DNA of 26,333 bases, from contig CAZAGP010000279.1 in assembly GCA_964484575.1 (NCBI GenBank), positions 1-26,333 of the forward strand. The letters run 5' to 3'. Shown piece by piece: positions 8,083 through 15,953 of this stretch. This DNA is from an uncultured Candidatus Bathyarchaeia archaeon (GTDB lineage Archaea; Thermoproteota; Bathyarchaeia; 40CM-2-53-6). Position 1 is the stretch's first letter. Each line of letters begins with the position of its first letter. The notes beneath the pieces are model-generated. The model did not search any database. It had not been told where the DNA came from and worked only from the letters and a program-made list of their open reading frames with translations. The translations under genes and the position numbers were made by a program.

Positions 8083-9045
8083 GTGAGAGTATTGCCCGAT
8101 TCGTTGATCGTCATAGCACTTGGCGGGAACGCCCTTCTGCAAAGAGGACAGAAAGGAACCGTTGAGGAACAATATGAAAACATGAGGAGGACCGTTCCGA
8201 AGATAGCTGACCTGATCCAGAGAGGTTACAAAGTGGTTCTGACGCATGGGAACGGGCCGCAGGTTGGAGCAACCCTCCTTCGTCACGAGGCTGCTAAAGC
8301 TATCGTACCGCCATTCCCGCTAGATGCCTGCGGAGCAGAAACGCAAGGCTTCATCGGGTATATGATTCAGCAAGTATTGAGGAATGAGCTTAAGGCACGA
8401 GAAATTGAAAAATTCGTCGTAACGGTAGTCACACGCGTAATTGTCGATAAACACGATTTGGCCTTTCAGAATCCGACGAAGCCAATCGGACCATTCTATT
8501 CAAAGGATGAAGCGACTAAATTGAAGGAACAGAAACCCGATCTGGTGATTAAGGAAGATGCGGGTCGAGGCTACAGGCGAGTCGTACCTTCTCCTGATCC
8601 CAAGATAATTGCAGAGCGGACAGCTATACGTGCCCTCGTCGACGCCGGATTCGTTGTTATTGCTTGCGGAGGAGGAGGCATTCCCATAATCGAAGAGGAA
8701 ACCCAGACAGTGGGAGTGGAGGCAGTGATTGACAAGGACCTCGCGGCTCAGCGCTTAAGTACCCTGATCGGGGCACAAATCCTGATAATCCTCACCGACG
8801 TGGACGGGGCGTACATGAACTACGGAACCTCAAAACAAGAAATAATCAGACAAATCACTTCTGGAAAATTGAAAAACCATCTGAAAGAAGGACAGTTCAA
8901 GGAAGGCAGTATGGCACCAAAGGTTGAAGCTGCAATTCGATTCGTGGAGAGCGGTGGCGAACGCGCAGTTATTGCTGATCTCGGAAGTCTAGTTGAAGCT
9001 CTCGAAGGAAAAGCAGGGACGCAGATCACAGTGCCAAAAGCTTAA
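8083..9045 (+). CDS. arcC: Carbamate kinase
   Basis: ALGGNAL, THGNGPQVG, KPIGPF, EDAGRGYRRVVPSP, GGGGIP, EAVIDKD, GSMAPKVEAA. Alternative start TTG 8092. Confidence 0.95.
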   Translation: MRVLPDSLIVIALGGNALLQRGQKGTVEEQYENMRRTVPKIADLIQRGYKVVLTHGNGPQVGATLLRHEAAKAIVPPFPLDACGAETQGFIGYMIQQVLRNELKAREIEKFVVTVVTRVIVDKHDLAFQNPTKPIGPFYSKDEATKLKEQKPDLVIKEDAGRGYRRVVPSPDPKIIAERTAIRALVDAGFVVIACGGGGIPIIEEETQTVGVEAVIDKDLAAQRLSTLIGAQILIILTDVDGAYMNYGTSKQEIIRQITSGKLKNHLKEGQFKEGSMAPKVEAAIRFVESGGERAVIADLGSLVEALEGKAGTQITVPKA

Positions 9046-9083
9046 TTTAATCACAACTAATTCAGCGAAGGGTGGTAATTGAA

Positions 9084-10154
9084 ATGCCGTCATTCGTTGG
9101 TTTCTGGAAAGGCAAAGACTTTCTTGATACGAATGATTTTTCTCAGGAAGAGATCAAGAAGGTTCTTGATGCAGCCGACATTCTGAGAAAGAATTTCAGA
9201 TCACGTAAGAAACACCAGTATCTTTCCGGTCAAACACTCTTCATGCTTTTCTATAATCGATCACTCAGAACCAGAAACTCTTTCGAAGGAGGAATGTACC
9301 AGTTAGGAGGACATGCACACTTCCTCAGCCCTCAAGACGTCTATACTCCTGCCCTACCCGAAGACATGGTCGCCTATCAGACTGAAGCGATTTCGGACGT
9401 AGCGAGAGTCCTAAGTCGATACGGTGACGCAATAGCGATCAGAATCTATGGTGATGCAGCGAAATGGGTGATCGGACGAGGTCACAAGGTAGTTCAGGAA
9501 TTCGCAATAAACGCTACAATTCCTGTGCTTAACATGGAAGACGACATGTACCATCCGTTCCAGGCATTAGCCGACGTCCAGGCAATGCGGGCTGCTATTC
9601 CTAAACTCGCTGGGAAGAAACTTGTAGTTTCCTATGCTTACTCTGGCGGACTGAAGCCATTAGCTGTACCGCAAAGCGAAGTTCTCATCGGAACTCAAAT
9701 GGGAATGGAAGTTGTGCTCGCCCACCCACCCGGATTTGAACTAGAAGAGGTAGTGCTGAAAGCTGCCAAAGCGAACGCGGACAGATATGGTGGAGATTTC
9801 AAAATCGTAACTGACATGAAAGAAGCATTTGACGGAGCGGACGTGGTGTATCCTAAAGCGTGGTCACCAAAGAACTACTTTCCACCGCACAGAGCCGAAC
9901 TAGACAAGCAAGGCGCGATGTCGCACCAAGACAAGTACAAGAGCTGGATTTGCACTCAAGAGATGATGGATCTCACAAACAAGGGAAAATACATGCATTG
10001 CGGACCCGCAGACAGAGGCCAAGAAGTTACAGATGACGTGATCGACAACATGAACTATTCACTGTACTTCGAAGAAGCCGAAGATCGTCTCCACGTGCAG
10101 AAGGCGATTATGGCGATGGTGATGGGCGGTCGTCCCTCTCGTCGTCGGAAATGA
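9084..10154 (+). CDS. Carbamoyltransferase-fold protein 2 (AOTCase/SOTCase/YgeW-like, non-canonical)
   Basis: SLRT, HPFQ, YPKAW, MHCGP and EAEDRLH motifs. ATG 9084 follows AGGGTGG (SD-like). Confidence 0.88.
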   Translation: MPSFVGFWKGKDFLDTNDFSQEEIKKVLDAADILRKNFRSRKKHQYLSGQTLFMLFYNRSLRTRNSFEGGMYQLGGHAHFLSPQDVYTPALPEDMVAYQTEAISDVARVLSRYGDAIAIRIYGDAAKWVIGRGHKVVQEFAINATIPVLNMEDDMYHPFQALADVQAMRAAIPKLAGKKLVVSYAYSGGLKPLAVPQSEVLIGTQMGMEVVLAHPPGFELEEVVLKAAKANADRYGGDFKIVTDMKEAFDGADVVYPKAWSPKNYFPPHRAELDKQGAMSHQDKYKSWICTQEMMDLTNKGKYMHCGPADRGQEVTDDVIDNMNYSLYFEEAEDRLHVQKAIMAMVMGGRPSRRRK

Positions 10155-10663
10155 AGACGAGTCGAACGCCGGACCAAACCCCGATTGTTCTAGCAAACTG
10201 GGGGAGGCGAATTATCGCTTGGTTCGTAGACTATGTCATAATCAGTATATTATTGGGATATTTCCAGCTTGAGACAGTAGAGACCAGAATGTTTCCGGCT
10301 GCTTTGCTACCGAAGGCTCCAGGAACGGATATTTCGGTTTGGTCGCCCTTATCGATTCTAATCTTCTTTCTGTACTTCACATTCTCAGAATGGTACCTTG
10401 GAAGGTCAATAGGGCAACTACTATTGAATGTTCGAATTGTTGACGTCCAAGGGAAAGCCCTCAGTTTACGCGCATCGGCAATTCTAGGCATAGGTAAATC
10501 GAACCCACTTTTCCTGTTATTTGATTGCCTCATTGGTCGAGCTTACAGACCAAGTCGCGAACTGCGGCAAAGATTAACGAATAGAATTTCCAATACAATT
10601 GTCATATTCATCGGAGAGTCAGCCAGAACGATTGAGCAAGACGGTTACATGAAGGAACCCTGA
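10151..10663 (+). CDS. RDD-family membrane protein
   Basis: LANWGRRIIAWFVD, hydrophobic segments, GRSIGQLLL.VRIVD and RQRL...ISNTIV. ATGA overlap with the upstream stop. Confidence 0.8.
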   Translation: MKTSRTPDQTPIVLANWGRRIIAWFVDYVIISILLGYFQLETVETRMFPAALLPKAPGTDISVWSPLSILIFFLYFTFSEWYLGRSIGQLLLNVRIVDVQGKALSLRASAILGIGKSNPLFLLFDCLIGRAYRPSRELRQRLTNRISNTIVIFIGESARTIEQDGYMKEP

Positions 10664-10742
10664 GCTGAAGCGAGAGTTTCATTTCAAAATGACAAGGGGT
10701 TTCCTTATACCAATAATCAGCAATTACTTATGAAGAAACAGC

Positions 10743-11687
10743 ATGGCTGACTACGACGTAGTCATTATCGGATCAGGTCCAGCAGGTTTGACTGCTGCAG
10801 TATACTCTGCTCGAGCACTTGTGAGAACTCTTGTAATTGCTGGCAGAGTTTCTGGCGGACAACTCATGTTAACCAGTACAGTTGAGAACTTCCCCGGATT
10901 TTCCAATGGAATCCAAGGACCGGATCTCATGGTAGAAATGCGAAAGCAAGCTGAACACTTCGGAGCGGAAATTGTTGACGACGATGTGGAATCCGTAGAT
11001 TTCAAAAAGAAATTGAAGCGAATTGTCTTTGGTAAACGATCGGTAACTTCAGATGCCGTGATAATAGCAACAGGTTCCTCTGCGAAATGGCTTGGAATAC
11101 CGTCGGAAGCGAAATTGCGCGGTCGCGGCGTCTCAAGTTGTGCGACATGTGATGGATACTTCTTCCGAAACAAACCTGTGGCAGTAGTTGGCGGGGGCGA
11201 TACCGCTATCGAAGAAGCATTGTTCTTAACCAAATATGCAACAGAAGTTGAGATAATCCATCGGCGCGATAAGCTTCGAGCAACTAAAATTATGCAACGA
11301 AGAGCCTTATCAGAGCCTAAGATTCTATTCCGCTGGGATTCTGTCGTTGATGAGATTCTTGGTCAGAACAAAGTGGAAGGCCTCAAGATCAGGAACTTGA
11401 AGACGGGTGAAGTGTCAATGTTACCAGTCGAGGGAGTTTTTATGGCTATAGGATTTCAGCCAAACACGAAAGTCTTCGAAGGCCAGATCCAACTTGACGA
11501 AAAAGGGTACGTAGTAGTTACAAACAATACGGAGACAAGCGCAGAGGGCGTATTTGTCGCGGGAGACGTCCACGATTACAAATACAGGCAGGCCATTACC
11601 GCTGCGGGAGAAGGCTGTAAGGCTGCAATTGACGCTCTATCCTACCTAGACAGGCAGAAGGAAATTGCCATCACGACTCATGAATGA
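10743..11687 (+). CDS. trxB: Thioredoxin-disulfide reductase
   Basis: GSGPAG FAD motif, GGQL, GVSSCATCDG (CxxC), VGGGDTA.EEA, FVAGDV...YRQAITAAG.G. Confidence 0.95.
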   Translation: MADYDVVIIGSGPAGLTAAVYSARALVRTLVIAGRVSGGQLMLTSTVENFPGFSNGIQGPDLMVEMRKQAEHFGAEIVDDDVESVDFKKKLKRIVFGKRSVTSDAVIIATGSSAKWLGIPSEAKLRGRGVSSCATCDGYFFRNKPVAVVGGGDTAIEEALFLTKYATEVEIIHRRDKLRATKIMQRRALSEPKILFRWDSVVDEILGQNKVEGLKIRNLKTGEVSMLPVEGVFMAIGFQPNTKVFEGQIQLDEKGYVVVTNNTETSAEGVFVAGDVHDYKYRQAITAAGEGCKAAIDALSYLDRQKEIAITTHE

Positions 11688-11697
11688 TTATCGGATT

Positions 11698-11814
11698 CTA
11701 TAGGCCTAATCCTTTGAACAGAAATCTTCGTTGGCAGACGGGGCAATATGAATTCTCACGTAAGATGGTCTGGCCGCAATATCCACATCTGATATAGACA
11801 GAAGCTATTTGCAT
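11698..11814 (-). CDS. Putative 38-aa one-domain zinc-finger microprotein (CGYCG...CPVC)
   Basis: Manual translation ATG 11814 to TAG 11698: MQIASVYIRCGYCGQTILRENSYCPVCQRRFLFKGLGL. Two CxxC knuckles 10 aa apart, entirely intergenic, below the ORF-track cutoff. Confidence 0.6.
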   Translation of the reverse strand: MQIASVYIRCGYCGQTILRENSYCPVCQRRFLFKGLGL

Positions 11815-12111
11815 CCGACATCAGTCTGAACGAGAGTTATCTTCCGATTTTGATGTTTCTTCGTCGAAACAAGCAACAATCGACGTATAGAACCTATAAT
11901 TATACAATCTTCTATCAAAGTTAGTGAACACTCATCATTCGAGAATCATCACATCTTTCATAGACGATGATGGCAAAGTTAATCGACAGGCATCTCGTCA
12001 CCAACTTACGAAACGTTAAGGCTAGTGATACCCTATCCGATAGAATTCAATCTAGAATCAAGTTTCGCTCGAAAGTGTCTTTTACCTAACTGCACTCATA
12101 GTGAACGGCTT

Positions 12112-14121
12112 GTGAGGTTTACGCTACCACATAGAATTACCTACGATCTAATGCCCGTCCTAACGCCTTTGATAATGTACACGGTATTGTCAGGCTTCAC
12201 AGCCATTTTCATATATGGAGTGTACCGTCGTCTTAGAATATACTTTCGAGGAGTTACCGATTTTCAAACAAACGAATTAGGCTCGCGAGTCAAAAGAGTA
12301 TTAGCGAATGTGCTTGCTCAACGTAAAGTTGTGAGGAAACACTATCCAGGTTTGATGCACTCGCTTATCTACGTCGGGTTCCTAGTTCTCTTAATCGGAA
12401 CTTTACTTGTTTTCCTAGACTACGACATTTGGATGACTCTCTTTCACGAGCAAATCCTAGTAGGCAACTTCTATCTGGTCTACGAGACGTCGCTCGATGC
12501 TTTTGGGTTAGTTGCGATCACAGGCCTTGTATTTGCGATATTTCGCCGCTCTGTAACGAAACCATCAAACTTGCCCAGTTCAAAGGATGACCTGTTCATC
12601 TTCTCAATCCTTCTCGTAATACTCTTTACAGGATACATAATGGAAGGCATTCGGCTAGCCGTAGATAATCCACCTTGGGCCAAATGGTCATTCGTAGGAT
12701 ACCGCGTGGCACTTCTTCTTAACGCCTCCTACGGTAAACAAGTCGCTAATTTCTACCCAGCGCTTTGGTGGTTCCATGCTGTCTTGGCATTCACAGCTGT
12801 TGCAGCTATCCCATATACAAAACTGTTTCATTTGGTAACGTCACCATTAAACGCATTATTTGCTGATCAACGACCGATCGGACAGCTGAGCACACCCTTT
12901 AACCTACGGGAAGTTCTAGCGTCCGGCAACTTTGACGTTAAAATGGGCGCCGCTGCTATTAGTGAATTTTCCTGGCGAGAAAGACTATCTTTCGACTCCT
13001 GCACTACCTGCGGCAGGTGTAGCAATGTCTGCCCTGCAACCGCCGCAGGAACCCCACTGTCACCTATGTACTTGATACTCAAACTCCGAAATGTAATGCT
13101 AACAGAAAAAGAAACGGGTACGTCGCTAATAGGACGAATCATCAACCAAGAGGAGTTATGGGCGTGTACCACATGCAGGGCGTGCGTCCATGAATGTCCA
13201 GTGTTGATCGATCACATCGATGCGATCGTTGACATGAGACGTCATCTTGTAGGAGAAGGAAAACTGGATCGGCCCAAGAGAGATTTGCTTAATAATTTAA
13301 CCAACTCTACGAATCCATACGGACTTCCCTCAAATGATCGCCTTAACTGGACGAAAGACCTTGACGTCAAGACCGTAAGAGAACAACCTGAATTTGAACT
13401 CCTCTACTGGGTAGGCTGTTCTGGTTCATACGATCCCAGAAATCAAGCAGTATCTCGAGCATTGGTTAAGATACTGAACGCAGCTAAGGTGCGGTTCTCT
13501 GTTCTAGGAAATGAGGAGAAGTGCAATTGTGAAGTCGCAAGGCGTCTAGGCGAGGAGGGACGGTTCCAACAGGCAGCACTCGAACTAATTGAAGTGTTCG
13601 AAAAGTACAATGTTAAGAAAGTTCTCACCCAATGTCCCCACTGCTTCAACACTTTCAAGAATGAATATCCTGAATTCGGCGCGTCTTTTCAGGTAATCCA
13701 TCATACACAATTCATCGCCGAGCTCCTCGAGTCAAAGCGCCTGATACTAAGAAGAGGAGCCGAACAGGTCGCTACTTTTCATGATCCATGCTATCTCGGA
13801 AGATACAATTCCGTGTTTGAAGCTCCCAGATCGATACTCTCGTCAATGGCGCAAGTGACAATTCGAGAGATGCCTCGTCACGGTAAGGATAGTTTCTGCT
13901 GCGGAGCTGGCGGAGCGAATTTTTGGTATAAAGTGGACCAAAAAAGAAGGACCAACCTGATACGTTTCGAAGAAGCAGCAGAGACAGGGTCGAATATAAT
14001 TGTAACTGCGTGTCCCTTTTGCACATCAATGTTTGAGGACGCTGCTCTATCGTTCGAATCTACAAATTCAACTAGAGTGAAGGATATTGCCGAACTCGTA
14101 GCAGACTTAATCGATTCTTAA
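12112..14121 (+). CDS. Membrane-anchored Fe-S oxidoreductase with NarI-like TM domain, two [4Fe-4S] motifs and CCG domains (FadF / HdrF-like, heterodisulfide-reductase-related)
   Basis: Several N-terminal TM helices with His (MHSLI, WWFHAV, LFHLVT); CTTCGRCSNVCP and CTTCRACVHECP; WVGC, CPHC, HDPCYLGR, CCGAGG, ACPFC. Start uncertain (GTG 12112 or ATG 12151 preferred over 12025). Confidence 0.88.
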   Translation: MRFTLPHRITYDLMPVLTPLIMYTVLSGFTAIFIYGVYRRLRIYFRGVTDFQTNELGSRVKRVLANVLAQRKVVRKHYPGLMHSLIYVGFLVLLIGTLLVFLDYDIWMTLFHEQILVGNFYLVYETSLDAFGLVAITGLVFAIFRRSVTKPSNLPSSKDDLFIFSILLVILFTGYIMEGIRLAVDNPPWAKWSFVGYRVALLLNASYGKQVANFYPALWWFHAVLAFTAVAAIPYTKLFHLVTSPLNALFADQRPIGQLSTPFNLREVLASGNFDVKMGAAAISEFSWRERLSFDSCTTCGRCSNVCPATAAGTPLSPMYLILKLRNVMLTEKETGTSLIGRIINQEELWACTTCRACVHECPVLIDHIDAIVDMRRHLVGEGKLDRPKRDLLNNLTNSTNPYGLPSNDRLNWTKDLDVKTVREQPEFELLYWVGCSGSYDPRNQAVSRALVKILNAAKVRFSVLGNEEKCNCEVARRLGEEGRFQQAALELIEVFEKYNVKKVLTQCPHCFNTFKNEYPEFGASFQVIHHTQFIAELLESKRLILRRGAEQVATFHDPCYLGRYNSVFEAPRSILSSMAQVTIREMPRHGKDSFCCGAGGANFWYKVDQKRRTNLIRFEEAAETGSNIIVTACPFCTSMFEDAALSFESTNSTRVKDIAELVADLIDS

Positions 14122-14183
14122 TCGATTCATCTCAATTTTATTAGTTTGAACGAGTCTTTGGAGGTTTCGCTCGGCGGGGAATC

Positions 14184-14975
14184 GTGGTAAATATCATAGT
14201 GCTCGTTAAGCAAGTTCTACAAACTGCTGATCTCAAAATAGACAAAACAACCAAGGCCATAGTGACGCAGGGAGTTGCTCGAGTAATAAGTGAGACTGAT
14301 AAGAATGCACTGGAGGAATCGATTCGAATCAAGGAGAAAAACGGAGGGAAGATCACAGCAATAAGTATGGGTCCCGCTGAAGCAAGAGAAGCGCTGAGAG
14401 AGGCGCTAGCGATGGGGGCGGACGAAGCAATTCTCCTGACCGATCCACGATTTGAAGGATCAGATGCACACGCAGTCGCGAGTGTGCTAGCCGCAGCAGT
14501 CACAAAGATAGCGGACTACGATTTGATAATCTGTGGCGCGTATTCTGAAGACATGTTCGCGTTTCAAGTAGGACCAAGACTAGCAGAGGCGTGTAATTTG
14601 CCTCAGTTGACTTACGTAACCAAGATAGAATTGCAGGGCAGCCAGATAATCGTCGAGAGGGATTTGGAGAATGAACGCCAGGTCGTCGAAGGTAGACTGC
14701 CCTGCTTGGTAACGGTTGTGAGAGAAATCAACGAACCCAGACTCCCTACACTGATGGCAATTATGGCTTCATCGAAGAAGCCGACCTCTGTATGGTCGGC
14801 AGATGACCTACGACTTACGGAGAGCGAGTTGGGATACAACGGGTCTCTCGACGAATTGCTAAGAAGTACCGTTACCACGGGGGAAAGAAAACGTACAATC
14901 CTACAAGGAGAAGCAAAAGACGCAGTCTCCAAGCTTACTCGAGCTCTTCAACAGGAAGGTTTCTTGAGGGGTTAA
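14184..14975 (+). CDS. etfB: Electron transfer flavoprotein subunit beta
   Basis: IIVLVKQV, D.NALEE, LAMGADEAILL, QVGPRLAE, INEPRLP. Confidence 0.93.
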   Translation: MVNIIVLVKQVLQTADLKIDKTTKAIVTQGVARVISETDKNALEESIRIKEKNGGKITAISMGPAEAREALREALAMGADEAILLTDPRFEGSDAHAVASVLAAAVTKIADYDLIICGAYSEDMFAFQVGPRLAEACNLPQLTYVTKIELQGSQIIVERDLENERQVVEGRLPCLVTVVREINEPRLPTLMAIMASSKKPTSVWSADDLRLTESELGYNGSLDELLRSTVTTGERKRTILQGEAKDAVSKLTRALQQEGFLRG

Positions 14976-14978
14976 GGG

Positions 14979-15953
14979 GTGGCGCAAGAGAAACGCGACA
15001 TCTGGATTTTTTCAGATCACCTTCAACACGGATTCGAACTTCTAGGCAAGGGAAAGGAGCTTTCGGAGGAACTGAGCTCAGATCTCGTTGCGTTTGCAAC
15101 GACCTCTACCAGTGCTGACGAATACGTTAGACATGGTGCTGACAAAGTTGTTCTTGTAACTAATCCACTGTTACGAGAATTCCAGGTTGACACATACACT
15201 GACGCGTTGTCGGAGTTGGCGAATGAACATAAACCGGATGCAATCCTGATTGGAGCGACTAGAATTGGATTGGAACTTGCACCCCGCCTAGCAGAACGGT
15301 TGAAAACAGGTTGTGTGACTGAGGCTACACGAGTTGAGTTAGATGCAGACAAGAAATTCCTCCTTATGGACAGAGTCACTATGGGAGGCAACCTTATGGA
15401 AACGCACATTTCTCGGTCAAAGCCGCAAATTGCAACTGTGCCTAGGGGTGTCTTTGCCCAGAGAGCACCAGACCCGTCAAACAAGGGTCAAGTAATCATT
15501 GCTGAGCCGACGATCAAAGACCCCACTACGAAGCTCCTCGAAAGGAAGCCTAAGGAGGTAAAGGGAGTAAAATTGTCAGAGGCTACAATAATCGTGTCCT
15601 TCGGTCGAGGAGTCCGAAAGAAAGAGGATATGATGATGATAGAGGACTTTGCGAAAGCCCTTGGCGCTGTAGTGGGATGTTCTCGTCCAGTTGCCGAAGA
15701 CCTCGGATGGTTGCCTGAAGAGCAATACATTGGACTGTCAGGCCAGAAGGTCAATCCGAAATTATACTTCGCTTGCGGAATTTCAGGTCAAATTCAGCAT
15801 CTTACAGGAATAAGAAACAGCAAAATTATTGTATCAATTAATAATGACCCAAAGGCTCCGATTTTTGAGTTCAGCGACTATGGCATCGTTGGCGACCTCT
15901 ATGTGATATTGCCCCTCCTAACCGAAAACATCCGTCAACTGGCCAGAAGTTAA
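14979..15953 (+). CDS. etfA: Electron transfer flavoprotein subunit alpha
   Basis: HGADKV, APRLAERL, L.EATIIVS.GRG, GCSRPV, PKLYFACGISG.IQHL.G, IN.DP.APIF..DYGIVGDL. Confidence 0.93.
   Translation: MAQEKRDIWIFSDHLQHGFELLGKGKELSEELSSDLVAFATTSTSADEYVRHGADKVVLVTNPLLREFQVDTYTDALSELANEHKPDAILIGATRIGLELAPRLAERLKTGCVTEATRVELDADKKFLLMDRVTMGGNLMETHISRSKPQIATVPRGVFAQRAPDPSNKGQVIIAEPTIKDPTTKLLERKPKEVKGVKLSEATIIVSFGRGVRKKEDMMMIEDFAKALGAVVGCSRPVAEDLGWLPEEQYIGLSGQKVNPKLYFACGISGQIQHLTGIRNSKIIVSINNDPKAPIFEFSDYGIVGDLYVILPLLTENIRQLARS

Noticed and set aside
7954-8286. 111-aa N-terminal extension of carbamoyltransferase 1 in the ORF track
   Set aside because: Overlaps carbamate kinase on the other strand, has no family similarity, and a TTG with an SD-like element sits at 7953.
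6928-10154. Classical arginine deiminase or agmatine deiminase pathway (arcB/ptcA with arcC)
   Set aside because: No deiminase or antiporter in the window, and both carbamoyltransferases lack the DxxxSMG loop and HCLP motif. A deiminase elsewhere in the genome cannot be excluded.
11967-12089. 40-aa plus-strand ORF MMAKLIDRHLVTNLRNVKASDTLSDRIQSRIKFRSKVSFT
   Set aside because: No motif or supporting signal; length is within chance expectation.
12025-12111. N-terminal extension of the Fe-S oxidoreductase
   Set aside because: Does not resemble the membrane domain; later GTG 12112 or ATG 12151 starts fit the family better.
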